64,000 nucleotides of DNA, from the NCBI RefSeq assembly GCF_009914755.1, contig NC_060942.1. One strand, written 5' to 3'. Made by a program: the position numbers and the translations under genes. The notes under the pieces were generated by a model, which was not told the origin of the DNA, made no database searches, and worked only from the letters and a program-made list of their open reading frames with translations. This document shows, in pieces, positions 63,519 through 64,000 of this stretch. How positions within the stretch are numbered: position 1 is the first letter of the stretch; each line of letters begins with the position of its first letter. This stretch comes from the human T2T-CHM13v2.0 reference genome, Homo sapiens.

Positions 63519-63970
63519 TGTATTAATTAGAGTTCTCTAGAGGGACAGAACTAATAAGATAGATACATACATACAGGGGAGTTTATTAAGGAGTATTGAC
63601 TCGCACGATCACAAGGTGAGGTCCCGTAATAGACCATCTGTAAGCTGAGGGGCAAGGAAGCCAGTCTGAGTCCCAAAGCTGAAGAACTTGGAGTTCAATG
63701 TTCGAGGGCAGGAAGCACTCAGCACGAGAGAAAGATGTAGATGGGAAGACTAAACCGGTCTAGTCTTTCCACGTTCTTCTGTCTGCTTTTATTCTGGCTG
63801 TGCTGGCAGCTGATTAGATTGTGCCCACCCAGATTAAGGGTGGGTCTGCCTCTTCCAGTTCACTGACTCAAATGTTAATCTCCTTTGACAACACCTTCAC
63901 AGATACATCCAGGAAGGATACTTTGCCTCCTTCAATCCAATCAAGTTGACACTCAGTATTTACCATCACA
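63519..63970 (-). mobile_element. MLT2A1-like (HERV-L) solo LTR inserted in a MIR
   Basis: 'tgtattaattagagttctctagagggacagaactaata...caatcaagttgacactcagtatttaccatcaca'; MIR-like text on both sides. Confidence 0.92.
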
Positions 63971-64000
63971 GACAGTAAATATCAGAGCTGAGATTAAAAT

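Overview
This is AT-rich primate genomic DNA, most likely human or great ape, as shown by a CpG-rich AluY and an L1PA2-type 3' end. I cannot support any protein-coding gene, tRNA, rRNA or CRISPR array. The track ORFs are short, and the recognisable ones derive from repeats. The window is an intergenic or deep-intronic collection of transposon fossils: L1s from L1PA to L1M/HAL1, about ten Alus, L2/MIR, MaLR LTRs (THE1, MST, MLT1), a complete MSTA provirus with TSD, ERVL/LTR16 and MLT2 pieces, an LTR-less class I ERV gag-pro-pol fragment, a near full-length Tigger4 (Zombi) and a MER58. The most notable observations are: (1) a young 4 x 78-bp hairpin-containing tandem repeat exactly where the ERV integrase is truncated; (2) a 23-nt orphan poly(A)-tailed insert with a 16-17 bp TSD; (3) an ancient duplicate of an ERVL/MER58 junction; (4) a candidate recursive-splice AG|GT site; (5) a twin-primed inverted L1; (6) intact DUX4 motifs in several LTRs. 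I found no convincing evidence of a wholly new biological system. Subfamily names come from recalled consensus sequences, and boundaries of old elements are approximate.
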